Of a DNA stretch of 64,000 nt, positions 50,301 through 62,822 are shown piece by piece (positions within the stretch are counted from its first letter, which is position 1; each line of letters opens with the position of its first letter). The stretch is taken from assembly GCA_043228905.1 (NCBI GenBank), contig JBHGNT010000007.1:3038001-3102000 (forward strand). The letters run 5' to 3'. The notes under the pieces are model-generated. The model saw only the letters and a list, made by a program, of their open reading frames with translations. It was not told the origin of the DNA and ran no database searches. The DNA comes from Azolla caroliniana (lineage: Eukaryota > Plantae > Polypodiophyta). Both the position numbers and the translations under genes were made by a program.

Positions 50301-50587
50301 CCCTGGTTGGGATACTGGTTGGAGCATTTCTTTCAATAAAAACCAGGTTTGCTTTTATAGAAACCAATAAAATGTTCTTTTTATCTAAAAGCGAAGTGTT
50401 TGATATAAAGTGCTTCTTTTGGCATTGTAGAGAGACTTCTATGTATGAAGTCAAGAAAGGTGATACACTGTCTGGAATTGCAAGGAGGACCGGTAAGCAC
50501 AGGTGGCAAGAGCTCCTAAGCTTAAATCCTTGGATAAAAAGTCCTGATTTGATTTATCCCAATGAAAGGCTTAAACTACAGTTGTAG
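47318..50587 (+). CDS. Calponin-homology (CH) domain + acidic linker + single TM helix + C-terminal LysM protein, about 423 aa, 8 exons
   Basis: Exons 47318-47383, 47615-47706, 48959-49097, 49191-49322, 49406-49537, 49700(or 49703)-50119, 50213-50346, 50431-50587; GT-AG, in frame (1272 nt). CH: ARIWLETVL..SLAELLVNGEIL..YSNVDSFIKLCQKLGLAGVDLFSPPDVVEKKDIRKVCLCIRALSK. TM: LFLPLMASGVALVGILVGAFLSI. LysM: YEVKKGDTLSGIARRTGKHRWQELLSLNPWIKSPDLIYPNERLKL. Confidence 0.88.
47960..48500. repeat. Degenerate minisatellite in intron 2 of the CH-LysM gene
   Basis: Repeated ttgatgctg...cattggc.atgaatcacaatgca and gagaaaa.tgggt...caacttc.tgtcc units. Confidence 0.7.
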
Positions 50588-51184
50588 GGTTTGTTTTTGA
50601 TTATTCAGTGCGGATATTGGCATTTTACCATAATTGTTGTCCAATTTGGCATCTGTATGTCACTACATGCATTGTCTAGGTCATAAGAAACATATGCATC
50701 TGGAAGAACGTGTAAGAAGCTACAATCTTCCCTTTGTTTTGGTTCTCTTATACCTCAATTCCTTTGCATTCTCTTCATGCTTGATTAATTGTCATCAATT
50801 ATATCCAGGCCACTGATAGTCCATCTTTGGGAGTTGACATCAATTGGTGTACACCATCAAAATAATATGTTAAAACATTATTTTTTAACAAATGCATCTC
50901 TGGTAAATATGATTCCTTGTCATCTAGATATCTATGTCAATGATAAATGTCATGAGTTTATACTCAATGATCAAGAAAGAAACAACCAAACTCCAAATAT
51001 GGAAATTAATATAGCTGGAAAAATACTCAGCTGAAAAATTAAGCGCAACACATACATGCAATTAGTGACCATCAATGTTATAAAGGGCTTTGTATCTGAA
51101 AGGGAATACAATAATCGATTAGAATTATGTGTTCTGGCCAAGTATAAGTTAAAAATCCTTAAATTTGGTGCACACAATATTTAA

Positions 51185-51670
51185 CATAAAAGAAAGACTG
51201 GTCAATGGCTTATGATGTACTTAAACAAAATGCAAGTTCAAAATCCTTGGTTTTGGTGAATGCAATGTGTCATGTAGTGGAACAACTAATCAGTGTGTTA
51301 TATAAAGGACTATGCAATATGTTATTACCAAGAAAGACTTATCATTATGTTATATGAAGAGAATTTGATCATTGAGTAATTGTGCACCTCAACACAATAC
51401 AAGTTTTAAATTTTTGTGTTTGGTAGGACAATGTGCTACCTTAAGAAAAGACATCAACGTGTAATAGGAAGGAAAGATTGATCAATGGATTACATAAAGA
51501 AAAGACATATCAATGAAGTCTATAAAGAACAAACCAATTGATCACTTATTGTTCTTTAGAATAATGCAACTTGAAAGTACTTGCTTGGGTTAACAAAATG
51601 CATTATATGCATGAAAGCCTTATCAATGTGTTATATACATGAAAGGCTTATCAATATATTATATAAAGGA
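51185..51670. repeat. Degenerate minisatellite (about 30 bp)
   Basis: Repeated aagaaaga(c/t)t.atcaatg..ttatat units. Confidence 0.55.
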
Positions 51671-51839
51671 TTGATTCACGTGTTATGTCATTAAAGAATT
51701 TGAGAATATAATTGTGATACAACAAAGAGATTAAGATGTGTGCATATTGTAATTTGTGGATGTATGTGTAAGAGGAGAAAGAGAGAATAGAATCTAGATT
51801 TTTTATTGTCCATGAGGAGGCCAAAAATTCACCTATGGG

Positions 51840-52830
51840 ATCAAATAAACATACCATCTTGAATGTGACTCTTTCCCAAGTAGGGTTGTCTCCATGTTAC
51901 CTTTGGTTGGAGTTTAAACATTTGCGTTTTCTTTCTTTCTTTCATTTGATAATACTGCCTCTTCTTTCTACTCACCATTCTTAGATATTGATGCAATATT
52001 ATGGCCTTTTCGTTTTTATCTTTTGTGAGCTTGAATTTTTTTAGATGAACCTTGCATTCTTCATTGATCCAAGCATTGCACATGAAACTATGAATTCAAT
52101 GTCCAACTACATGTGCATTGAATTATTGATACCCTAACTTGAGATTGACATCCTTCAATCACTCCGAATTTGTTCTCACATCTTTAATAAAGGAGAGGTC
52201 CTTAGCACATAGATTAGTTTTTTTATTACGAGGTCTCATAATGAATGATCAATCCACATGATGACTCATTAATGCTTTGGAGGTTTTAATGATTCACTCA
52301 TAGGATGATATGTAGGTACTTGAAATACTATTTTCATTCCACATAAGCACTTGGACATAACTATTGTTTCTGTACATGTAAGCACTTGGACATAACTATT
52401 GTTTCTATACATGTAAGCACTTGGGCATTATTTGGCCGAAATTGGCTGGAATTGGTTGAAAGCCAACCCATGCTTTGGCATATCACCATAGTCACCACTT
52501 GGCTCATCCATCAATGAACACTAGGTGTCCAAATGAATACATGGAGCTGGTGAAACAAGCCTTAGAAGCAATAAATTTACCAAGGGGGTGTGAAAGCAAG
52601 GAAAGGATCCAACCATGTGGTGAAGTAGAGGCATAACAACATAAAGTGAGAAGAAGGTGATATAGGCGGGGGTCTAGACTCTTGATGCTCAAGAATTTCA
52701 TAAATGAATGTTGCAATTGAAAGGGAGAATCGTGGTTGGGAAAGGAGTCCTTGTGTATTTGAAAGGGAGTAGCCCCCCTTGATGCTCAAGAACTTTACTC
52801 ATGAATGTTGCAATTGAGGGTGCACACTAT
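51840..52830 (-). mobile_element. LINE ORF2 endonuclease/linker remnant with internal tandem duplications
   Basis: Minus-strand AWINEECK..Y..MVSRKKRQY (a typical EN-RT linker) and FIASKACFTSSMY. A 35-bp unit taagcacttggacataactattgtttc is repeated at 52345-52430. Homologous to 61400-61700. Confidence 0.6.
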
Positions 52831-54466
52831 GAATATGAAAGAAATTCATTCAAGAATTGCGCTGGGTTGAATATGAAAGTATATTTGAATGTAATCAAGA
52901 TTGTGAGCACTTGAACTTGTTTAGGGCAAAATATATATAGTTGACTAGTCTCATAAGACATGCCCCAATATTATGGATGGGAGACAACGGGATGGGCTCT
53001 AACATGTATTGGTGCATGCAATTTCCCTGTTCAACGAAGAATATTGTTTCATAGTTAGGTACAAGTTACAACATATCTAGCATAATGTGTCAACAATGAA
53101 CCTCCGATGTCATGATACATCCGTGTCGCAAAAAGTCTTGTTCATATAGGGCTCTATTGATAAATGCCTAGACACACACAAATAAATACCTATTAACATC
53201 CATGGAAAATCGATGCCAATCTATGAGACAAGACCTAGTCCATTGCCATGATTGAACTTGGATTCAATGTTACAATGTAAGCTCCTTAGGAGACAGGCAA
53301 TTGCCAGGCAATCAAGGTAAAGTTAGAATTTGCACAAGTGTGTGAAGTTGGAGAAAACATTCTATGGTGTTTTTGTATTTTGCCATGAAATAAAAAAAGT
53401 TGAAACCAAATAATATATATTTTGCCATATGTGCTTGATGTGGGGAACAAGATAATGTCAGAATAACAAATAACATATGCTAAATATGTAGTTAAATGTT
53501 CCCACTTCTTTTGCATTGAATCATGTCCAACTTACCCTCCCCCATATCCTAGTGTGAAGTTTCCTTAAGTAAAGCTAGATTTTAAGTGGATTTGCCATAT
53601 AATGTTGGTTAAATAATACTATTAGATGCATTACATCATAAAAAAGTAGCAATCCTACATTTTCGAAAACCCAATCATAGTAAGAGACACAAGAAGGAAA
53701 CATATCAAAAGCCGCTATTGTCAAGGTTAGGATATCATGGTCATTTGCACATCAATTGATGGGCAAAAGGAATGGGGGAGGATTCACTTGCAAACCAATG
53801 AAACATGGCAGCTTTTAGTACTAGATAACTAGATTGCTAAGTTGTAATGTAGCAAAATGTTCGTTGAAAATACTTTAACGCATGTTGACACTAGAACATA
53901 TATACATATACAATGTTTGCACTTGCCCATATAGACTTTTTATGGATATGTGTCATGAATCAGACTTTTTACTAGCATATAAATCACTTGATGGTGGAGG
54001 CATATAACATTTATACTTTCCACTAATGGCATTGAATATTGTTAAATAATAAACTATGAGATTTGGACACTTTGGGTTGTTCAAACCTAATAATTGTAAC
54101 ATGGATAGAAATACATTTCACATTTTTGCACGAGTCCTCCATTAACCTAATGTACGTGCAAACTATAGGTTTTCCTTTAAACACGGCTTGTTGTGGGCAC
54201 TGGGAGGTAATAAGCTCAACACACACTCCTTGGTCCACCATTGCTTTAATAAATGGGAGATGCCTTTCCATGGATTGAAATGGACACCTCAATCACACTT
54301 TCATCATTATTAGATTGTTTCTTAATCCTAACTTCCCATTGTGTACTTGTGCCATACAAATTGTATATAAAATCTAGTATTCTCTCTAGTATAAAATCAC
54401 GTGACTATATAATCCTTCCCCATTCCACTTAATACATTTTCTTGGTAAATTATGTACTCTCTCTCT

Positions 54467-55025
54467 CAAGCACTGCATCGCGGGTTCGAAACCCAATCTC
54501 CTCAAACTCTCTATTATATACTTCATATACACGCTTATTTCACTAGATGCCACTGTGGAATGTAGGGGTTCAACCCATGACCACCTGGTCTCCATTGGGC
54601 AACCTTACCAACTGAGCTCGTTCGCTCTCTCTCTCTTTCTTGTAATTACCTTACCCTAGTGGTAAGTTGTTGACACTACAAGCACTGCATCGTGGGTTCA
54701 AAACCCAATCTCCTCAACCTCTCTATTATATACTTCATATACTCTTAATTCTCTAGATGCCATTGTGGAATGTAAGGGTTGAACCCATGACCACCTGGTC
54801 TCCATTGGGCAACCTTACCAACTGAGCTCGCTCGCTCTCGTAATTACCTTACCCTAGTGATAAGTTGTTGACACTACAAGCACTGCATCATGGGTTCGAG
54901 ACCCAATTTCCTCACCCCTCTATTACATACTTCATATACTCTTAATTCTCTAGATGCCACTATGGAATGTATGGGTTGAACCCATGACCACCTTGTCTCC
55001 ATTGGGCAACCTTACCAACTGAGTT
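54467..55025. repeat. Tandem array (3 units, about 200-212 bp) of paired tRNA-like/SINE heads
   Basis: caagcactgcatc at 54467, 54679 and 54877. Each unit has a + strand A/B-box-like segment (ccctagtggtaag...gggttcgaaaccc; the A box is missing in unit 1) and a - strand one (agctcagttggtaag...gggtt(g/c)aaccc). Confidence 0.8.
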
Positions 55026-55038
55026 ACATTCATTTGGG

Positions 55039-55089
<51 letters not shown>

Positions 55090-55683
55090 ACAAATAATAA
55101 CATTCATTACAAAAGAAAAAAACACCAGTATAATTCACTTATAATGGAATTTGGATCCCACGAGGGTCGAGACTACCAAGACTAAGTTAACTCTCTCTAG
55201 GATTCACAACATCACCTCCACTTATCCAACCACATATGACTACGCCCATGAGCCTTGGCTCTCGAGTAGCCTTAACATTCTTCAAACTGGCTCACACAAG
55301 TCAAATGTTGAGGTAGTATCATGGTATCATCACCAAGTATCAAGAAATGCAATGAAAACCTAGTGGAGGATGAATATCACTTACTTCTATGTCTAACGAC
55401 AAAGTAGTAGATGCAACTTTAGTGCCAAAGTGAGATCTTGAAATGGACAAGAGCATAAACTCATCAATCAGTAGCTTGCCGCTACTAACGGAGTCTCAGT
55501 TGATTTCCTTTCCTTTACCTACAATGATGTTTCAGTTCCCTAAGTTTCTCAAGTCCGAGGTAAAGCCATAACATGCCCGGCAAGCTTGGATACGGTTTCC
55601 AGATTGGAAACCAAACTATCATGGATTAAGCTATCAACCAAGGTTTTGGGAAAGATTTGCTCATGAATTGGATTAAACCAATT

Positions 55684-56127
55684 TGTATAGAGGAAATAAA
55701 AGTTTGTTATTTGTAAATAATCGAGAGTGATTGTGTGCAACAGAAGTGATATGTGTGTGAGAGAGAATGAGAGAAATAGATAGAGCTCGACGTATATAGA
55801 AAAGGCAAGTAAAAACTGTGTTAACAAGGAGTTGAATACAAGAATTAATAGGAATACGCTCCGCTGCACTATGCACGGCCCCAACCGAGACGTCGGATCA
55901 ATCACAGAAAACAGGGATGTGGAGAGATGTATCTACACACGAAACCGTAAAGAAAGAGAGTGCACTGGATGTTAACGTGGAAAACCCAAATCTGGGAAAA
56001 ACCACAGCAGCTCTCAGACTGCAAAATATTACTATATCGAGATTACAACAATGGGGCACAAAGGCAACGACCTCCTGCTCCCTCTCTTCGCCACCAGGCG
56101 GTTACAACAAAGGCAACAACCTCTTCT

Positions 56128-56159
<32 letters not shown>

Positions 56160-56754
56160 GTACACAGTTCCACTCTGAATTATCGCCACCAACGATAATA
56201 ACACAACCAACTCTGCATCATATATATTAAGTTTGCCCTAGGTCATATTTATACTAATATGACTTTCGGGCTATTTACAAATATAGCCCCAGTGGGCTCT
56301 CTGGAACATATTTACATATATGTCCCTTCCATCCGATGAGAGGTTCTCACCGAGCCTCCAACATCCGGTTCTCATCGGGTCTTCCTTGCCGGGTACTTGT
56401 CATTCGGTTCTCACCGGGTCTTCCGTTGTTGGGTACTCCACATCCGGATTCGAACTCAGCCGAGTTGCTCATCAACACTGTTCTTCTCACTTCCCATCCG
56501 GAGGGACCTGTTTCCTAACAAGAATAACCAACAACAATTACAAGGGAGGTGAGAGAGCACTTATATAGTCACCTTCCCACTATTCTCTTTCTACAATCGC
56601 CACTTAACTAAAGAGAGGTGGAGTCTTAACTACACTGATTATGTGTCATAGAGCTATAAGATTCTAGGATAGACTAGTTACTATACTAGGTGGTGGGGTG
56701 TTCACACACTAGGGTGTGTTCCCACATTAGGGAAGTTGAGTTTGATTCTCAACA
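55684..56754 (-). mobile_element. Older LTR (TG...CA) interrupted by a younger solo LTR
   Basis: Ends tgtatagag...ttctcaaca; homologous to 45040-45456. A TGG PBS-like start is adjacent on the minus strand at ~55680. The left boundary is uncertain. Confidence 0.55.
55846..56520 (-). mobile_element. Solo LTR, 675 bp, with 5-bp TSD AGAAT
   Basis: AGAAT at 55841-55845 and 56521-56525. Inverted termini taataggaatac / gtttcctaaca. TATA-like tatatattaa, a CT tract, and internal ttctca(c/t)cgggtcttcc repeats. Confidence 0.8.
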
Positions 56755-59700
56755 GTATCCAACTACTGATTTGTCATGGTTAACTCAATTATGGTTGACT
56801 TGCATAGCATTATAATGGAACAAAAAATTAGCTCATGAGCTCAAAAACATAACAAACAAGCACTTGGTCAAGTAGGCTTGAGACCAAAACATTTCATTGT
56901 TGGTAATTTGGTTACACTAAGAGTAATTATGGAATAAAGTCAACTTCAAGGGAAAATGGTATATTGTTATTTTGTGAACTTCAAGAAAGCCTTTGACACT
57001 AACCAGGAGTGAGGTTTGGAAAAGATGATAGAGATCAGAATAACATTAGAGTATAAAACAGTTGTGTCACAATTGTATGAGTTGTCACAGACACACCAAG
57101 TGCGGACTAAGACAGAGCACGGATGATGAGGCTACGACGGAGCGATGACGGAATGACACAAGAGCATAAAGATAGAGATGAAGATTAAGGAGAGAAGATG
57201 GGCGAAACTAGAATACTAGATTGATATGTCCATGACTGGCATTGTTCACCTTGAATTCCTTCAAGGTGAACTCAACTATTTATACTAAGTAGCATGCATA
57301 CCTGTTGCACGCATGTGATACAATAGAGCATGTAGGTAGTAGGTACGCATACATGTGCAAAGTGTAAATAATACAAGGGAGGAATTATGCACATGACGCT
57401 AGCTAAAACCTACAATGAGGAAGTATATACATGATTATATGCTAGATGTGTGGTTAACACATAACACTCGATTATAATATGGTCATGTCAAGAGTTCGAA
57501 TCTGGACATGAGCAAGTTAATTGCCAATTGAAAATGGATAGTGGTTTCTCCAAGTACTTCTAGAGCAACATGAAGTCAAACAAGGTTGTCCATTCATCCC
57601 GACACCCTTTGGTCTATGGATCAATATACTTTAAGGAATAATAAACAAAGTTGCAAAAGAAGAAGGATAAGATGGTTCAAAACTCATGCAATAACTTATT
57701 TTTATACACTGATATGCAAATGTTGTTCTTTTATTCTCATATACTTTGGATGATATGCAAGACTTACTTGATGTATTGGAAACATTCTACCAATTCTAGG
57801 GGCTATTAGTTAATGTGGACAAAAATTGTGGCAATAAAGGCAATACAAGCAAAACATCAAAAAATAAGGTGTCTTGGTATTAAAGTCTCATCGACAAATA
57901 GGTGGAACATATGTTATGCATTTAGACTTCTTATTACTCCCATGAGCCTTGGCTCTTGCTTAACCTTAACACTTCTTTGAAGTCACTCATGTTAGTAGTT
58001 ATGTGTTGAGGTAGCATAATGGCATTGTTAATGTAGTATAAAGATATGCAGTGTATGCATAGTACAATGTATTATGTAATTTGCGAGACATATGATGCCT
58101 AGTTAAAGTGTCATACTAAATCCCCACCAAGATGTGTGGGCACATTTGAGCAAGTATTAAATTTGGCCTCCTCGTGGAAGATAAAAATTTATTCTATTCT
58201 ATACTATCTCGTCTCTTATATATTATCTCCACTCTAACACATACAAAATGTATGGAAACTTAATAAATGTCTCAAGCCAAGTACAATGTACATTCTTGTA
58301 CCACATAAATGTGTGTCAATGACATGTAGTATACTCACGTTGGTTGATAAAGTTAAAAGGATATGTTATTTCATTTGCGTGTTGATAAGGGTTGAGATTA
58401 ATGTTATTGGTCCATATTTATTTTATCTTGGTTGTCACTAACCTAACCCTTTACCCTAGTCTACATTAATATGACGACTATTTTATGTATTTGATATAGT
58501 CTCTACGTTTATCACCATCTCTAACTCATGTATGTCTTTAATTTTTGCTTTGTCATTGTCTCCATCTCTTATTCAATGTGATCCCCAACCACTATCCTAG
58601 AGTTATATTCTTATACGTCTCAACAAGTGTCAAGACTGGTGTGAAAGGTCCATACTGAGATATTGGATCAATAAGACATGAATAAATGCTTACTTCTAGA
58701 ATGATATTTGGAAATCCTATAAAATAACCCTAGAGTCTTATTCTTGTCTATTGAGTCAACACTTTTGGACTTTAGTCGTAAGGGCTTTGTCCATGCAATT
58801 GACTATTGTTATAATACAATATGATTTTTCTATGTGACATGTGCATGTTGTGGATCACAGAGAGAGCCACAAAACTTGCACATTAAAATACACATGTTGC
58901 ATGTAGCTCTCCTAAATGTATAAATATGTTTGCAGTCTATTGGTATACTTGCTCAAGCATAAATCTAATAGCGTATCTTTATTGCTTCTTACATAAAAAC
59001 TGACTAGGTTAGATATGTGTATATGTTATCCCGGCAATTAAGTTTCACTAACCCTTTGTTGAGGAAAAACATCCCCAATCTTGGAGGTTTGGCATTCAAG
59101 ATCCCCCCCCCCCCCTTCTTTTCACCAATCTAAAGATATATTCATACACATTCACAAAAGAGGTGATAAATAAAGTAGATAAACTAAAGTAAAATTGCTA
59201 ACGTTTGTGCTCTCATAATCCGTGAGTAAATGTTCTTACCGTTCCAAAAAGGAGTAATAGGTGCCATAATTGACATGTGGGGAGGGCGTCAATTTTGTGG
59301 TAAGGAATAAACAAAAAAATTCCGAAATAAATATTGTAAACGTTATGAAAGGGATACGTGTCGGCAAATTGCATACCACAAGAGCCTATCGCTATCTGAA
59401 TTTAATTCATTGATATGAAATGACAAATTTAATTTTGGAGCTCATAGACACTTCCCTCCCTTGTACTTCAATCACGTTGGAAGCCAACCCAACATCATAT
59501 AACCTATGTACCTTTTTGAGGAAAATATTTCATTGGTCGAGGAATGCTAATGGTTCGAGGTCTCTTAGGATGAGCTTTATCACACAAAAGTCGGGTTATC
59601 CTCAAGACTCATAGAACTTCAAAGTAAATATTCGGCCAACAAATTTCTCTATAAGAGGACATAACACTATTGTTACAAGAATGTTCAATGTATTTGCGTT

Positions 59701-61399
59701 AACAACACGTTTGTAGATTGTGCCAAAAGAATACTGAAAGCATATGTCACCATCAATGAAGGGAAATGTATGTTGGTTAGTTAGTGGTCCCGTGTTGAAC
59801 TCTTCAGATGTAAGCCATGTGTTAGAATACATGCACACCTTATAGTTACAATAGGCTTTTATTGAATTTTATCACATTGAATCCAATCGAACAAAATAAC
59901 CGTGGTATGGCTTGTATGTATATAATAAGTTATAACATATGATTCCTTGATGACAATATTGCCCTACATATCCTTAGTCAAAGTAGAGGCTCTAAAATTT
60001 CATGTGATTAGGAGCCTCAACTTTGACCATGCATTTAAAAGTAATTTTACGAATAACCAAAGTCTTATGATTGAGTTTGTGATACACGGAAACGTATCAA
60101 GTCATTTTCGTATTTTATATAGTACAATAAGGGGGCAAGAAAATCTAGGAAAAGAACAAATGTCATCATGTAAGGAATCCAATTCTTTATATATATCCCT
60201 TTTCATTTTGAATGAGTTATTAACTTTGTTAAACACTATATTTACACATTTTGTTGGTAATTGCGTAAACCATATAAGAATATAACTCAAGGGTGCACCT
60301 ATTTTTTAATGGCCCCAAGTTGGGTAACTAGATCGTGTTATAAAGTGCCCCCCCCCCCCACCCCCCCCCCCCAAAAAAAATAAAAAATAAAAATAAAAAT
60401 AAAAATAAAAATCCACTCTTATGTCATGTAGTTAGGTTCACTATACGATGAATGTTTTTGTCATCCTCTTGACTATGCAACTAGGTTTGATATTGATTGA
60501 GCCCTCTCTCTTCCTCTTTGGACACTCAACATGCAATTAGGTTGGTATTCTAGACATGAAACTTTCTCACTAGTATGACATGAAAGATGAATCACATGGT
60601 CACTTGTTCATTGAATGTTGTGGACATATACTCATGCCTCTAGGAAAGCAAGCCCTTAGACTATAAAGGGCTCGACAATGACAATGAAAAGGATACTAAC
60701 AAGTTGGTCGATCTATGATCAAAACCTATGGTAGATCCTAAATGTTGTAAATGCTATATATTATTGGCATCCTTATGTAGACTCACATTTGATGATATCG
60801 AATGCAAGACAACGAAGAATAATGATGAAAGACATGGTGTCTGTAAATATAGGGTACTTGAAAGTGAAAGTTAAGCCATGCTCTTGAGAGCATGGAACAT
60901 ACACGAGTTATTAAATGGTATAGAAGAGTAAAAAGAAGGGGACATGGAAATAAAATTATGTATACGGTACAAAACCTAATGTTCCCAATTCATCATAAAA
61001 ATGTTTGCGCCAAACTGTAAAGTAGCCTTGAATTGAGTTACAACAATATTGACAATGATGTGTCAGTTTGATTATGATTGCATATAAGAGTTTCAAACTC
61101 GTTGTCCTGTAGGATATTACCTTACAACGAGCTTTCATGACTTTACATTCACACACTATCAATTCATTGTAGGTTAGTAGGATTGAAAACTAATCCTAAC
61201 CAGTGCTTAATCAAGTGACCTTATGTTAACAAATGTGCACATATTGAATGATTAAGTAATTTGGACATGGAGAAATAGTTTGTTAATCACGTGTTAAAAC
61301 ATAGAATTGTTTAATGATCATGCTCGTAACCACATGTTGACGTAGTAATGCTTTGGAGATTTAGTGATTCACTCCACATTGATGTGCTTCAAAATTTAA

Positions 61400-61700
61400 T
61401 GATTTTCTCATAGGATGATACGTGAGTATGTACTTGGAATGCTATTTCCATTCCACACAAGTACTTTGATGCAATTACTATATCCATGCACTTGGACATT
61501 ATTTGGCCAAATTTGGCAATAATTGGGTGAAAGCCATCCCATGCTCTAGCATATTGCCATTGTCCCTGCTTGACTCATCTTTAATGAAAGTCCATGTATG
61601 CTCTAGAAGATGAAGATATCTATCACGAATGAACACTACTTACATGGGAATTAATACATGGAGCTAGAAGAACAAGCCTTAGGGAGCAATAAGCTAACCA
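61400..61700 (-). mobile_element. Second LINE endonuclease-region remnant
   Basis: Colinear similarity to 52300-52575: tcataggatgata..gtacttg.aat.ctattt.cattccaca..gcacttgg.cattatttggcc.aa..gaaagcca.cccatgct..aatacatggagct. Confidence 0.6.
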
Positions 61701-62104
61701 TGAGGTTTCTTCTCGAGGCGAATAAGGAGGTGCATCAGAAAGGTGAGAACGACAAAATAAGTATCGAGCATTGACAACCATGCTACTGAGCAGTCCCAAA
61801 CATGAAATGTGAAGGGGGGGGCAGGCATGCAAAACTAGTTCGTGCAATCAAACGTTCATCCTAGGAGGAAAGAAGTGTCCCCACGGGGGCGAATGTTTAG
61901 GCGGGCGGCTAGCCAAAAGAGAGCTGATCAACGATTTCCGATAACAAAATTGGCAGGATGTTAATATGTAGCCGAACGGCCGGTGCCGAGAACTAGTCGG
62001 GCGTATGGAGAAAGCAAAGGCAATGTACCGACGTGAAAGGGGCGGGCATTCAAAGAATCTATCTATATACATACATATATGAAGACATGTGACATCCCAT
62101 TCCC

Positions 62105-62176
62105 TAACACACACACACACACACACACTTCATAAAGAATCTCGCAAGGGTCACGTGACATCCATTCCCTTGATGT

Positions 62177-62207
<31 letters not shown>

Positions 62208-62475
62208 CCCACGCTCTGTAGAGAGAGAGTGTATGCGCGTTGACATAAAACATACACATTCTCTCTCTCTCTCTCTCTCTCCACACACACACCTTCTCTC
62301 TTTCTCTCTCTACACACACCCCCTCTCTCTCTCTCTCTCCATACACACACCTTCTCTCTTTCTCTCTCTACACACCACCCCCTCCCTCTCATTCTCTCTC
62401 CACACACCCTCCTCTCTCTCCTCATCTTTTTCTCCTCCATTGGCTGCCATGTGGCCCCCCCTCTCTCTCTCTACA
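62105..62475. repeat. Compound (CA)n/(CT)n low-complexity tract upstream of the last gene
   Basis: Directly visible; it explains the spurious ORFs at 62063-62732. Confidence 0.9.
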
Positions 62476-62822
62476 GATAGAGATAGAGAGAGAGCGTGAG
62501 GGATTATCCGCTGACAGAGAGAAAAAGAAGAAAAGAAGAACAACTGAAAGTGGAAGAAAGGACGCCATAGCTCCAGGGAAAGAGACAGACACAGACAGAC
62601 AGACCACAGAGAGAGAGAGAGAGAGAGAGTACAGACACTGACAAAAGAAACAACAGAAAGTAGAAGCGAGGACGCCATAGCTACTGTATAGCTTGAGAGA
62701 GAGAGGGAGACATTGTATATGTACATGCACATGAGAACAACAGATTAAAGTGGAGAAAACGGAGTGAGAGAAAGAGCAGCAGTAGCAGTAGCACCAACAG
62801 CAGCAGCAGCTGAAATTCAGCT

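Noticed and set aside
54467-55025. Functional tRNA genes
   Set aside because: A/B-box-like motifs are present but I could not build a convincing acceptor or anticodon stem; treated as SINE-like.
57060-57465. Possible additional solo LTR
   Set aside because: LTR-like composition, but no TSD or clear termini found.
59400-60300. Short ORFs possibly from a transposase or pol gene
   Set aside because: No motif I could recognise with confidence.
62605-62640. miR529-like GAGAGAGAGTACAG
   Set aside because: Explained by the (GA)n tract; no complementary arm seen.
61848-62732. Long CV/ER/SL-rich ORFs
   Set aside because: Translations of CA/CT microsatellites.
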